From Botryllus schlosseri (Eukaryota): 64,000 nucleotides of DNA. Every line of letters starts with the position of its first letter. Position 1 is the stretch's first letter. Made by a program: the position numbers and the translations under genes. Below are positions 23,661 to 36,940 of the stretch, one piece after another. The notes under the pieces were generated by a model that saw only the letters and a list, made by a program, of their open reading frames with translations, did not search any database and was not told where the DNA came from. The stretch spans positions 4,402,001 to 4,466,000 of the forward strand of contig CM119384.1 in NCBI GenBank assembly GCA_051294905.1, in the 5' to 3' direction.

Positions 23661-24916
23661 CAGGGGTTCTCAACTTTCCTTGCATAACGGGCTGCATCTT
23701 AATAGCAAAAACCGCTGCGGGCCGCAGAACTTTATTACCGTATATTTGTGGACTACTATTATATTTAGGCTAATATAGCCTATTTACCAGTCGTATATGT
23801 GCATTTAGTACATTTGTATGCATTCTGCAGCATTAATGGACAGCGTTCGTAAGCTTTCAGTTGCTGTTTCTAGTGAGATTATGTCATCTTCCGACGGAAC
23901 AAGTAAATCCTTTCTTGAAGCGTGCATTGCATTCGTTCCCAAGTCGGTATGTGCACCTTCAAACCCTTGCACCAGAGAACTGAACTCTCTGTTTCAATGT
24001 GTGAGCGAGCAAGTATGAAATTACGGTAACTTTTTCGTTACAGAGGCCATTGTCACTTTGAGCTCTCAGTGATATGAGAAGAAGTCGCATGTTCGGGGTA
24101 ATTTCTGAGCAAACCAATCAATCCTTCTCCTTTCCTTCCGTGGCTGATGCTCTGCACCAATAGTTACAGAAGTCAGCTCTGTCAAGTTGATGTTGTTTGC
24201 TAGTGCCCTCTCCTCACGTTTGCCCGGCCAGCATTACGTCTACAAATATATCCACTCCGATAGAATACTCCAATACAATTAGCGTTGCAATGTCCGTGGA
24301 TTTTGTCCAATGCTAGGTTAACGTAGTCTACGCGGCAACGTGTTTCAAAACATGCGGCAAAAGATCAACTGACATTGCTGTTACTCTTCTAGTCACGGTT
24401 GAATCAGACAACTGCAGCTTCGAAATTTGTTAGGTGAAGTTGTCCTTGCTGCTAAATTCTGGAAACAGCGGAGATTCGCACAGTATAGCAACGTTTTGTT
24501 GAAAACACACCCTTTCTAGCAGATTTCATGGGTTTAGTGATATACCAAGCAACTTTGAACCATGCGCCTTTAACGTCGTCGGCAATCTCAACAATGCCTC
24601 AAAATATCGATTGCTGGGCCTGAGACCTATCTAGCAACGCTTTTTTCTAAGATTAGGTGATATGTATAACTACAGATGGAACTGTCCGAAGACCTGTTCA
24701 AAACAATAAGAATCTAAACTCGACCATTTATCAAGAAACCAGAACATATTGAAGAATGAGAATAAATCAAACGAAACAGAGACGGTGCGATAAGAGAGCT
24801 TAAGTAGCTAAATTAATATGTAACACTACTGTGCCGGTAGTAATTGCGATCATATTGAAAGATCTCGCGGGCCGCATCAGAATAAGCGTCTGCGGGCCGC
24901 GGGTTGAGAACCCCTG
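23661..24916 (-). mobile_element. Deleted Charlie/Buster (GTF2IRD2-like) hAT element with decayed transposase
   Basis: TIR caggggttctcaac/gttgagaacccctg, perfect TSD CCATAGAG. Frameshifted minus-strand relic NINLTELTSVTIG / GKEKDLIGLLRNYPE (~24080-24230) matches the DG-motif region of these transposases. Confidence 0.8.
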
Positions 24917-27874
24917 CCATAGAGGCATAGAATACCGTAGGGATATATTGCCATTGAATACTATGCAATATGTATGCATTAATATTGGAGGCCTATCTAA
25001 TTTTCGATATCATTTTTTACTCTTTCGCGAGTGGTTCCGAATTCCGATTATGAATTTGCTTTAGCGAAATAATCGTATCTCTCTTCTGATATTATATTGA
25101 ACAATATTGGAATATGATGATGTAACTATATAATGAGGAAATCTAATGGGGATGGGGATTCCATTACATCAACAGGCTCGCGGTATAATCAAGTGCTGAA
25201 TCCCTTCTTGTTGTTTGGGGATTAAATAATAACGTAGATGGTTCTTCGAGTATTAAGAATTTCCGAAAACACTCGGATAATGCCAACGATTGTTGGCGCC
25301 ACGGTGACGTATACGCCTGACGTAATCAAAATATTCCCATGCATTTAATCAATGGAGAGATTATGCGCAAATTGTCTTTTCCTCGCAATGAATTTCAATC
25401 CACATCCGCACAAAGTGATAGCTTTAAATTTAATCGCTCACCCCGCCCATGCATTCACTTGAACAAACATCTTCAATTAGGCTATTGGGCAAAGTCATCT
25501 ATGCTCTTAGTTTATACAGATTTATAATTGCAAATATATTTGTTAAAATTCGTTGGTCCTGCTACGTTAAGTATTGCTGTAGTAAATGAATCCAGCTCTA
25601 CCTGGCCTACACTAGCTATCTTGAACACGAGCCTATATCATCATGTTTGTATATTTCAAAATGTATTCGATAAAAGCAAGTGCGAATATCGCCAAACACT
25701 GTAGAAGTGATATTTAGTGATAGGAAGAAAGGTAGAGATGTCATTAGTGGATATCACATAACGACTTCGAAGATAAGCATAAGCATACGCTTAATGAGTT
25801 TGTTATATTATACGGAATTTGTTGATTGCATCAATGCCTCATTCTAATCGCTGATAACGATGTATAATGTAATAGTACACATTTAACCTTCACCCAGTAT
25901 TGCAACACCTCGGTTAAAATCGATCCCACCTTATCTGCTATTTTGTAACAGCGGTGAGTAACGTAAGCAATAAGGTCTTTAACGAACCACAAATGTAGTG
26001 TTTGGTATATACATTTAAGAAATTACTATCCGCAGTACACAGTGCGTTTCATTTCGTTACTGTATTATAATCTATTCTTATTGGAAATAATAAGCGTGAT
26101 TCCAATCGATTGTTTCCATTGAATATATAGCTTAAACGTTCAACTATCACCTTTCGTTACATTCACCTTGAAGCGTGCTCCAAGTGCAATTTGTAACAGC
26201 GTTAACAATCGACTATGAAATTTTATATAATTAACCGTACAATTCAGCACGTCCCTTGGAGAGTCATGTTACCACGAAATTACCGGTATTGAACTCCCAT
26301 GCGGCAAACCCGAAATCAACGCCAATTGTGGGAGCAGTTGGACAAATTGGCAACCGACTTAGTGATCATAAACAGCATGATCACTTTCGTCGATTCAGCT
26401 GATGACTATACTGCGAACAGCACAGGCTAAGGAAATTGTTGATTGTTTACCATCGGCGGTAATCCTGCGTAATTTGCAGCAGTCGCGTTCATTGTCATAC
26501 GTAACAATATCAGATAATTGCTACAGTGCATACGATAAGGCCATACTTGACAGTCAGTTCAAGTAAAAATCGTACAGGGAGTGGCACCAACTTGTCCTTG
26601 TTCCAGACAATGTGCACACGGTGTCGAATCAGCAACCACGAACTCGTGCCGAACTCGAGTCGCGCGCAGCTTGCACGACCTCCCTGTCAGAGATTATCGC
26701 GCTGAAGCTAACCTCTTCGTCTGATGCCAGCACGTGATATTAAATTCTTTTGATAAGTCTGCTGCAATGAATATACTTGAAAACGATCGCAGACTTTGTT
26801 GTGATGAAATGCGTGAAGCAAGGATAACATATTTGCCACCGCCAGACGCCAGCGACCGCTTGCTTGCTTCATGCTCTGTCAAACGTAATGTTTCGGGAGT
26901 ACTGTTTATGCTCGAACACGGATCGTGATCATTATAGCAACGGTCAGAGTTGTAACTTTAGCTTCGGTGTGATGCATGATCGAAATCGACCATAGGTCGC
27001 TCACGTTGTATATGCTGTTTATAGTCTACTCATGACCTACCACACATATTGATAGAAGGTCATGGTGTAACTATAACTATAACTTTGCGTGACACTTGTG
27101 AAAGTTCATCGAAAGCATTTAGGACATTACCCAATGTTTTACCTGCCTGCACTAATATTCTATATGAATTAGGCCTACCATATGTCCTCTTTTCGGAGGA
27201 TTTGTCTCCTTTTATCAAGAAAAGTGAATGGTCCTACGAGTACGCCCAAATGTCATTTTTTCGCATTTCGCGTTAGAAGCTTATATTTTCAATAACACTT
27301 TTAGTTTTAGTTTTTAGGTTTTTAGGTTTCACGACCTCGTTGTAAATGATCATTCTTTACTAGTGTAAATCGAGGAACCGCAAAGTATTCATGGGCTGAA
27401 TCTATAAAATAAAATTTGTACGAAGTATGTTAATCATCAGTATACAATAGTTGCATATGCGTATGTATTACACGAATTGTAAGATAAACCTAATTGGGAT
27501 GCGCGCTCATGATAACCATTTCAAGTATGTTTTACTTGCAGTTGTCAATTTATTTATTGACACCGGCTTAGCGACAATGTATCTAGTCTAATTACCCTTA
27601 AGCGATTACGTAATCAAGATAGATCAACTTGTGGCGTCGTTAATTAGCGACACGCACAGCAAGTTAGGCTGATATGGCGTGAGCCGAGCGACGCGCGCTC
27701 ACGGCGTCGGTCAAAAGAGAGAAGAAGGAGATCCGATAAAAAAAATCACATATTTCTCTCGCCATTCATAAACAGTGGAACGGGTGACAGGGAACGACAT
27801 ATCGATTTATGATTCTACAACAAGGAATACGGAACGGATATACATCGGCGAACGGGAAGTGCAAGGATTACGAA

Positions 27875-30687
27875 ATGCCCGCCGAAAGACGCCTCACCAC
27901 CGCCGAAATTCGACGGAAGGTAGTTTTTCGTATGGAATCTCAGTCGCAGTCCTAATCTGCTATGAAATGTAGAAATTAGTATCCTGAAAATCACTATTAA
28001 CTCGAATATGTGGAAATATTTAGTAATTTCTTGGGTGAATCTCTACTTAATCTATAATAAACGCAGCGAATTCACACGGACAAGCCATAATACACCATAG
28101 CTGGACTGTTGTGGTTTGTGGTAGGCTATTCATAGTGTCTTTGGACAACAATGATCGTTTACATCAGGCAGTTGTTCTAATATCATTCCGTAACTTGTAG
28201 CACGGCCTACTTCTAGGCCTTTCAAAGACTAGCTAGACTGCATAGGATTTATAGTGCCCGTATAGATTTCGTCTCTACTGATTAAAACCGTGAGTATATG
28301 CAATATACATATAGGAATTGCATGCCGCATTCGTAAAATACTCACGTCATCGCGTGGGCGTATTTTGGACGCAGTTTGTTGGCAAGCTGATGTCTTGTAT
28401 TTGCCCCGGCAACTCACGATGGATGTCAAGCTGATAAATATCTCAGCCGACTGAATTTTTACGATAGCCAATCGCGATCATGCACTATAAACCCCAGGAA
28501 TTGCATCGTTACGCCAAACCGCAATTGCGTGGTATCGATTTATATGCATGGCATTGAGGCGTTTAATGTTAATCAAAGATTTAGTGGGCATAAAATATAT
28601 ATATTTTGGTTCTGATAAAATGATGAATACAAATGCAGATCTCATTGGTATGATATGCGTGATTACCAACATAACTATACTGGACGCTATAGTAGGTAAA
28701 TTTTAAGGAGGCTTGTTCTTCTTTGGGCACATGATTGGAAGATATGATGAAATCGAAAATATTCTTTCTCGTTCACGATGTTAGTGTATCATCTTTAGTG
28801 TTGCAGAATCGATATTTGTGTTACTCAATAGCAACATCGCAACATCATCGGGTAATCTGGCCGCCAGTTATTAAAATTTAAGCTACTTGACCGCTGAGAC
28901 ATTTCGTCACTGTGAATTTAAGTAAGGGATAGGATATTGAGATGACAAAATCTGCATTGCAGGTGAAATTCCGTGCGCAGTTGATCATCTTCATGGTTTA
29001 CCGTGATTTATTTTACATTAATTTCAAAGGAATAAATGACACGATTACGTCGTTGGAGAATCATAGTATCTTATGCCCAATTTACGCATTTTGAGAGAAT
29101 AAGGTCGTGTAAAGTTTTCATTTATCTCGGTCATATCTTGGCCACGGTTAACTTCGTGACAAGGAGACAAACATAACCATGGCCAAGATGAGCAGAATAA
29201 TGGAAATTGTTTGAAAACTTGATTTTTCTCAAAATTTGAAATAAATGGATCTCAAAATTTGAAAAACGGACGTAAGCTAGTTTGATTAGCCAACCAATTC
29301 AAAACAAAAGCAATATATTGAGAATGCCTCGCGCCCGTTGCGGACCCCACCCCCATGATAACGCTGCTGATAACGGTTAGCAATGCGAATGCTTGACGTG
29401 TTTCCTAATTCGTTTTATTTTTGATGATTAAATATTTGATAAAAATGTCTTATAGCTGACAAGCTTTTGTCATATTGATCATCATTTGCACACTCGCTTT
29501 TTTCAGAATCAAGTTTTCGTGCATGTTTTTGTCCCAACATTTCGTGCCACGTCGTGCGTTTTGAAGCGTTTGATGTCCGAAATGGAGTGGCGAGTTACCT
29601 CTGTTGTTATTTTCATCCAGACCAACAAGCCGATAATGGAGAAAAAGCGACGGGAACGAATCAACAAATGCCTGGAAGAATTAAAAAGCATTGTCTTGAG
29701 AGCAGTTAACGAAGAGTCGCGGCCGAATAAACTTGAAAAAGCGGATATTCTCGAGATGACAGTACGATACCTCAAAACCATCAGCCAGCCCGTTCATTTG
29801 AAAAGCGAAAAAGGTAAGTTGCTAACGTGTGCATTAAAATCGCGTCGGTCTCATACGTGAAGATTGTCACTCACAAGCAACTTCACATAACCGAAACACA
29901 TTAGCTACTACATTATGACCGCGTGCCGAGCTATTCCTTTAATCCGGCGTTGTTCGATACATATTTGCTCCGTTACACAAGCAGATAAGATGTTCCCCTA
30001 TCTATCACCGCCGTTGATTTATATCAGTCGCGTGCTTCGCGCGACGGGCACACATTCGCCGTTGTGGGAAACTCAAACATATACACACGATAAGTGGCTC
30101 GTTCGGTAATTCAAATATATGCTCTGTCTTTAGACAACATCCTAGGTGACACAACGCAATCTGACTACCAACCGATGGGGAAGCATGATTATTCGAAGAC
30201 CTCTGGGTACGAGAACGCGGAACTAATGAGAAGCGCCCGCCATTTTGAAAACCGAAACACTTTACGGTATTCGCCGTACTTACGTCCGCATTTCTCCGCG
30301 TCCGAGCGAGTGTTACGCCACCATGTTTCGCCATCGTTCGATCTTCACCACGGATATTTACTGTCTGCGGAGAGACAGTGTTTCTATTTCGGCCATCAGC
30401 GCAGATATCCGCCGATTTCAATGTCTCCCGTTTCATCCGCGTCTTCCCAATCCCCAGCGCCCATGTCGCCAACAGAGGAAGCTAAGTCTCACGAGCACCC
30501 GACATTAATAGAAGGAAGAAACGGGGAAGAATATTCGCCTTCAACCGCGCATCCGCTTGATCAGAAAAACAATTGTTTGTCGCCTTGTTTATCGAACGAC
30601 TTTGTTGTTGGTTCCCCCGCTGATTCATTAAATGAATCTGTAAAGACGAACGGAAGCATATGGCGACCATGGGGCGTAACATCGTAA
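27875..30687 (+). CDS. HES: HES/hairy-E(spl) bHLH repressor, 3 exons, ~263 aa
   Basis: Exons 27875-27919 (MPAERRLTTAEIRRK), 29621-29813 (TNKPIMEKKRRERINKCLEELK..KLEKADILEMTVRYLK) and 30134-30687 (..IWRPWGVTS*). Phases are consistent (792 nt). The basic-region proline and WRPW are present. Confidence 0.92.
29814..30133 (+). promoter_or_regulatory. Candidate HES intron-2 enhancer (CSL, class C and N-box sites)
   Basis: TGTGGGAA at 30063-30070; CGCGTGC (reverse GCACGCG) at 29920 and 30029; CACAAG at 29872 and 29976. Confidence 0.4.
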
Positions 30688-31559
30688 CTGTTCTACTTTT
30701 TTCATTCTGGGAGTTCTGGGAGCCTTCATTGCTATCACGATTCAAGTTTGCTTGTAGCTATTTATTTTCATGTTTCCTTAACTTCAACGACCTCCATACT
30801 GTGTTAAGACTGTGCCTTTGCGTTAATAACTTTGATATTGACTTACTCGTTGGACCACGCTTCAATAAAAACAGACCGGTTGTGCAGCCGGCTTCATGCA
30901 TGTTTCGGACGTACTCTTTTGCTTGCGAATTTGTGTAAATATTTGAGCCAGTATGAGCGTGAATCGTGCGAAGATTTGGAAAGGGGGAATCTGCGTAATG
31001 AGTATCAACAATTGGGACCTGCGTTAGATAACGTTGTGTGTTCACAGACTTACGCCCGGCACCGAGTTAACATTCATTGATTAAAAACTAACAACGGATT
31101 ACCAAATACACGGTCATGCAAACAAGCTCTCGAGAAACGATAACGCGATCTATTAGAGTGGCTGCTTTGTGACTTGTAAACGCAGAAACACTCATTAGCG
31201 CCGAGAATGATGTTTGAACTTCGCAGAGTATAAGATTATGTGCGATCTTTGTGCCATGGCTATGGTCCTTAGTGCTGCACTGTTTAGTTGTAACGAAACC
31301 GTAGTAGGCCTGTAGCATCACTCAACAAACTTGATATTGTATAAAGTATAGTCACATGGGATAATTAGAGAAACCCCCTCTGTTTTGTTATTTGCAATGG
31401 CTCACTTCGTTTCACTCATTTCTGTAAATTATGCGGGTGCATCCATAGGAAATGAAGAGATGTCGTCAGTGTAAATCGCACGAATCGTGAAGACGATTTT
31501 ATACTGAATTAAACTGAAGTATTTCTGGGCCCTCTTCGAGCTTGGCCCCACACTTGGAC

Positions 31560-34450
31560 ATATGGAAAACTATAAAATTTTCCGGTTTTAAAATCAGATT
31601 AGAATTAAATAGGGAGCTAGGTAAGTTTTTCCAAATTAGATTAGAATTACTGAAATCGCGAAAACTTGGAAAATGAATCAAGTTCAGTTCATATCAGAGT
31701 TACAAAACCCTATAGCCTTATAAGGCTATAAGCCCCACTGCCGTACCTTATCAATACAATGCAATACAAATCAGAGTAAATTCTCGTAACCACGAGGATG
31801 GCAAATGTCTATACAGCAACCTTGGCCCGTTTCGCACTATTTACTATTCTTCCGTATACCCTTTTCGGTAAAACCAGATATTTGAGCATAGATACATTTC
31901 ACAAATTAGATTAGAATTTGATTACCGGCATTTAGCTCTAATTAGTCTAATAGACAACTAAAATTATCTAGTATTACAAGTCTCCTTGGCCACCCACTTG
32001 GAAGGTTTGAGTTACAGACTCTATAAATTATTCCAGATAAACTTCAATTAACGAGCGGCGTAATGGAGATCATTATGGGGCTCAATTTTAAGTCTACACA
32101 AGGTTATAAGTTCCTCATATATTATACAGAAAGGAATCATACATCCTTGATTTAGGTACATATCGATTGCGAATGTGAAGATATACACTTGCAATACTTT
32201 TTCCACAAAATCGACGTGGCTTATCGTAATGAATTGGCAGATCATTTGACGACGGCCATAAATCTGTCATATCTGCGGACACTTGCGTAAGCTTCGTATG
32301 ACGTTCCCATGGGTTCACTGAGCATAGTGACGGATTATATCACGCGCAAACAATTACTTACCTGTCGGATATTCATTGGTTTTGGTTATATCGTACGTGA
32401 TATTCCTTCTGCAAGCAGAACGTTTTTTTAAATGCGTTTTTGTTATCAGTGGAAACGCGCGCCGTCTATTAGCAGTGTGACTCAAAGCAACAAAATGATA
32501 TTCTAATGGGTTTGTTAACATCTACTCGTTTTGGTCGGCACCATCCAGTATAATGATGACCCGAGGTGTATCAGTGTCGGAGGGGAATCAGTATATCGAC
32601 ACACAGCGATAGGTACCTTTAGAAGTGAAATTAAGTAACATAATTTCACTTCTTTTATCTTGATATTGATAGCGATTTAGAAATTATGATATTAATGGAA
32701 ATAATGGACAAATGTAAGGGGGTAGAGATGAAAGAAGGTGAATTCCATCCCAGATATGTAGGGTTGCATTTAAAACAAAAATCAATTTAAAACAAACATT
32801 TTTTAATCAAGACCCTTGTTTAAAACATGTTTTTTTATTGTTTTTTGTGTTTTTTTAAGCCATGACCTCACGAATATTCAGTTGTGACGACAAAGTTGAC
32901 AATTGAAAATAGAGGGTAAATATAGCTCCTTTGACGAAATATCTGTAATATTGCTGTTGAACCGACTATATTTTGAGGATTCCAACCATCCCATATCGAC
33001 ATATGTGGGCTATATCGGGTGGCAATTGTCCGTAGGCTCATACAACATGTTTTTTGGAAAGTATTTACGCAATTATGGGATAATTTTACAACATTAAAAA
33101 CACCATTTGTTGAAAAAGGCCTTTGTTTAAAACACTGTTGAAAACATGTTTTAAACAAAGTGTTTTAAAACACCGTTTATTTTAAATGCAACCCTACGGA
33201 TATGTGCGCGAAAAAGAAGTTTCAATGCTTTCATAGCACTCTCAATCGAATTAAATATACGCCCTTATTCGATTTAAAGCCGGCAATGCCATCACTTCGA
33301 GTTCAAATCAACCAAACGCGATCCGGATTCCATATCCTTCTCTCTTTCCACTTGGTCCAGACCCCGGTCCACTCCTTTCATGAGTATCGGTTGCCTGCTT
33401 CGCTACGAATATCGAAAAGGAATCTTCAGTATATACGACTAGATATTGATATCGAGTATCGCGGTTCGAACATAAGGATATCAGGACATCAGGACCTGAG
33501 AACGCAACTAATTCCTCTCCGTAACTGTGAGGTACGCATATTGTAACCTTACCAATTCATGATTCCGTACGGTTGAGACTACAAGCGTCAAATAGTATAT
33601 GCAATATCGCTTAGCAATGTGATAGATGAATTTGTGACTTTCTCATACTGCTTTCATTCGAATTTGTACATGTCTGTGTTGACTTGTAATAAATTCTTTA
33701 TTATCTCCATTCTGTTCTTGGGACGTATATCTGTTTACTAAATATAACGCTATTGTGATATTTTCCCACGCCAGCGATAGCTTGCCACGTAACAAAATTT
33801 TTGAATTTGGGAATTGCTCCAGCTATGAATGAACAGAACGATGATATCTTTGGTTGCATGATCACTAATCAGTGATTAGTGATAGCATGTCCAACCGACA
33901 CACACATGCACTAATGACAGATTCCTCTATCATCGCCCATTCTGCCGAAATTTCGCAATGCCGCAAGGAGATATTCAACTATTCACGTAGTCTATTTCCC
34001 ATAGTCCATATGATACGTGTCACTGCTGGATCGGAGAATGCATGATCTTATAGACAGACAAGTAGGAAATTTTCAGCATTTCTATATGAGATTAGAATTA
34101 CAGTTATTAAGTTTATTTTCAAATTAGACTAGAATTAGAATTATAGATACACAGGATTTCCAAATTAGATTAGAATTACTGAATTTGCGAAAACTTGGAA
34201 ATTGAATCCTTCCTCATTTCCTTTCCTTATTCTCATAAGCACGAGAGTGGCGAATGTCTTTACATCAAGATTGACTCGTTTCGCACCATACAATTCACCT
34301 GGAGCTTTTTCAGGAAAATCAGAAGTTAGATTATAATTAGAATTAGAGCAAAGAAACATTTAACAAATTAGATTAGAATTAGAGTACATGTATTTCGGTC
34401 TAATTAGTTTCATTAGACAACTGAAATTATGTAGCTGACCAAGTCTGCTT
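31560..34450. repeat. Two direct copies of an interspersed repeat rich in attagattagaatta motifs (~31560-31990 and ~34080-34450)
   Basis: Shared blocks ccaaattagattagaattactgaa..gcgaaaacttggaaa and acaaattagattagaatt..ctaattagt..agacaact.aaattat. Confidence 0.6.
32759..33196. mobile_element. hAT MITE (TAGGGTTGCATTT termini)
   Basis: TIR tagggttgcatttaaaa/ttttaaatgcaacccta, TSD cagatatg/cggatatg. A related inverted copy lies at ~57570-58117. Confidence 0.8.
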
Positions 34451-36940
34451 ATAAGCGTCGTTGTTACGTAGATTTACCATACGCCCTCTTTTAAGAGGAT
34501 GTGTCCTCTTTTTTGACTTTTTTGAAAGTGTCCTCGGAGGACGCCCAAATGTCCTCTTTTTGAGATTTTGTCCTCTTTTTTTTAATGTTGGTTAAATATA
34601 GGGCAAAATTCGACTGAGATGCAGTAAATCAGCACTGAAGTAACGCTCTGCCGGCTATTTCGGGAGTTGAGCCGAAAAGCTGACTTTTTTTAGTCAACCG
34701 ACCACGAAGTGGGAAAAAGATACCATATTTTCTGGATTTTCCTCCGATATTGCAAGTCTTAAAATTTTGAAAGTGTCCTGTCTTCAGATTTCTAAAATAT
34801 GGTAAATCTATTGTTACGCAATTCATATGCATGGTAGTGGCCTCTATGTGTATCAATTACTGATGCGACAAATGTCCATCATTGAGCCAGGATGTTGGTT
34901 GCAATTGATAATTGACAATACATTATTGCACCAATAAAACTGAGGATCGTTGATTCGCGTCGTATCTTCTTCATAAATTTAAATTTTTAAATCACCCTCG
35001 GGAATTCCGATAACCTAATTCAGTCTTTCTCGATGGACTTACCACTAGACACGTGAGCCAATTACATCGTCTGCATCCCTTCCCTAAAGCCTAATACGAT
35101 AACCGTCGTTTGCATTGTTACTTGGTGCAAAGTTTAACTCTTGTGAGGAAAGTCTCAGCTTGTGAAGTTACCGGTCAAATTAAAGACCGATCATGAGCCG
35201 GTAATTGTACAAATCATTGGAGCCATCGGGCTATAATTCATTGTGTTAATTTGTCGACACGAATCGCCATCTCCATACACGGGTCTCGGTCGTAAAGTCA
35301 CATCCCACCTGAGATAATTTGTTGCGGCCTTGCAAATTCGGCACGCATCAAACGATTTTGCAATGCTGTTAATCACCTGTGAAATTACGATCAGATGTGT
35401 ACTGATTATAGTAGTCTACACTCAAGTCGTGGAAGATAGGTTCGGAATGCGCCAACGTCAATAAATAGAAGCTCTACGTTTTGGTGACGTTCGCGGAAGG
35501 TCGCGCGTCACGAGAAGTCATGCTGAGTAGCGCATGCGTGGCCCGCGAAGACAATAACTCATACAACGCTTCACAAATAGCGGGTGATTTTTTATTACAC
35601 GCTTATAAAACACGGGCCAATGCGAACTGTAATAGGCCCACATAATTCGACGGAGAGGCATACGCGGTTCCGATGTTCTAATCAAAATTTATGCATTCGC
35701 CTAATGCAGTAATGTGTCTAACGAGTTATCTGTATCAGGGATAATGTATGGGCAATTGGGCAATGAAAAAACCACTATATGGTCACCTCACGGAACCAGA
35801 TCATATTGAACGAAGATATACTCGTCGGTTGATAAAGCAATAGTCATAAAGTTAGTTGATCGAGGAGAATGCTAATAATGTTATTAAAAACTGCTAATCG
35901 AGGCGCATTTTAGGCGGAGATCATAAAGTTAGCTGATCCGGAAGAATGATAATCGTGTGATTAAAGACTGTTAATCGCGAGGCAAAAAGCGGGAAAAGGC
36001 TTCGCGCGATGATTACTAGAAGTGTCCCGAGTTTTTAATTAAGTGGAGTTAGCTATTGCATCATAATGCGAAACCGCGGTTTTGGCTGTCAGTTGTCAAT
36101 TTGTTGAATGAAACAGCACGCTGCTGATAAAGATACTGCGATTAAAATTATCATCATCGCGAAATGAAAGTCGTGCGTCATCATTTATCATTAATGTCAG
36201 TGAAGAGACGGATTATAGAATATTGATAGATATATCGCTCTGCCATGGTGGGTGGATAGTTCGTTGATTGTTTAGTGAAGCCATCGCCTAGGAGACAATC
36301 ATCACGGTCATTATCGGAAAGATTTGCGCGTAGCAATGTCACGTAGTGTACGCAGTTTTAATAGTTACGGTTTGTTAAATAATGAGATTAAAACTGACGT
36401 TATGCGCTCCGATCAACCAAGTTCCTTAATCCTGGGCTGTCAAATCATGATGAACACGATAATCGACTTTATCGATGATCCAACTTTATGATCTCTTCCC
36501 CCAATGAGTGCCTTTGTCGCATCGCATAATATACTGCTTGTGCTGGGAATATTGCATCCAGTAGGTTTTCAGACACTTTGTCATTCGCTGAAACCAACCA
36601 TACCGTGGTCGTGGGGATGTTTTCAACTCACGCAAACTCATCGTACATCACTATTAAAATGAAAAAAAAACATGCGAATATGCGCTCAACATGATACTGT
36701 AATTACGTTATGTCTGTGAGACATAAGATTGTATAATGTATATACGGTCAATGATAAGAAATTAGTTGAGAACAGATTGTAGCTATGGGATCTGGGAATA
36801 TCCAACATTTGAGCAAGAATAAAGGCATCCTGGGATTTTTTAGTCTATATGCACTATGTAGGCAACATAGCGTAGCGATTGTGATACACTCCAGAGCTCC
36901 ACAGAAATAGTATCCTAAGAGATGAGAATTGCAAAGATGA

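Noticed and set aside
26400-26950. GC-richer stretch with short overlapping ORFs
   Set aside because: No recognisable motif, splice pairing or repeat structure.
31596-34385. Short recurring attagattagaatta or aaagtcata motifs as CRISPR-like arrays
   Set aside because: Spacing is irregular, the context is eukaryotic, and they are subterminal repeats of transposons.
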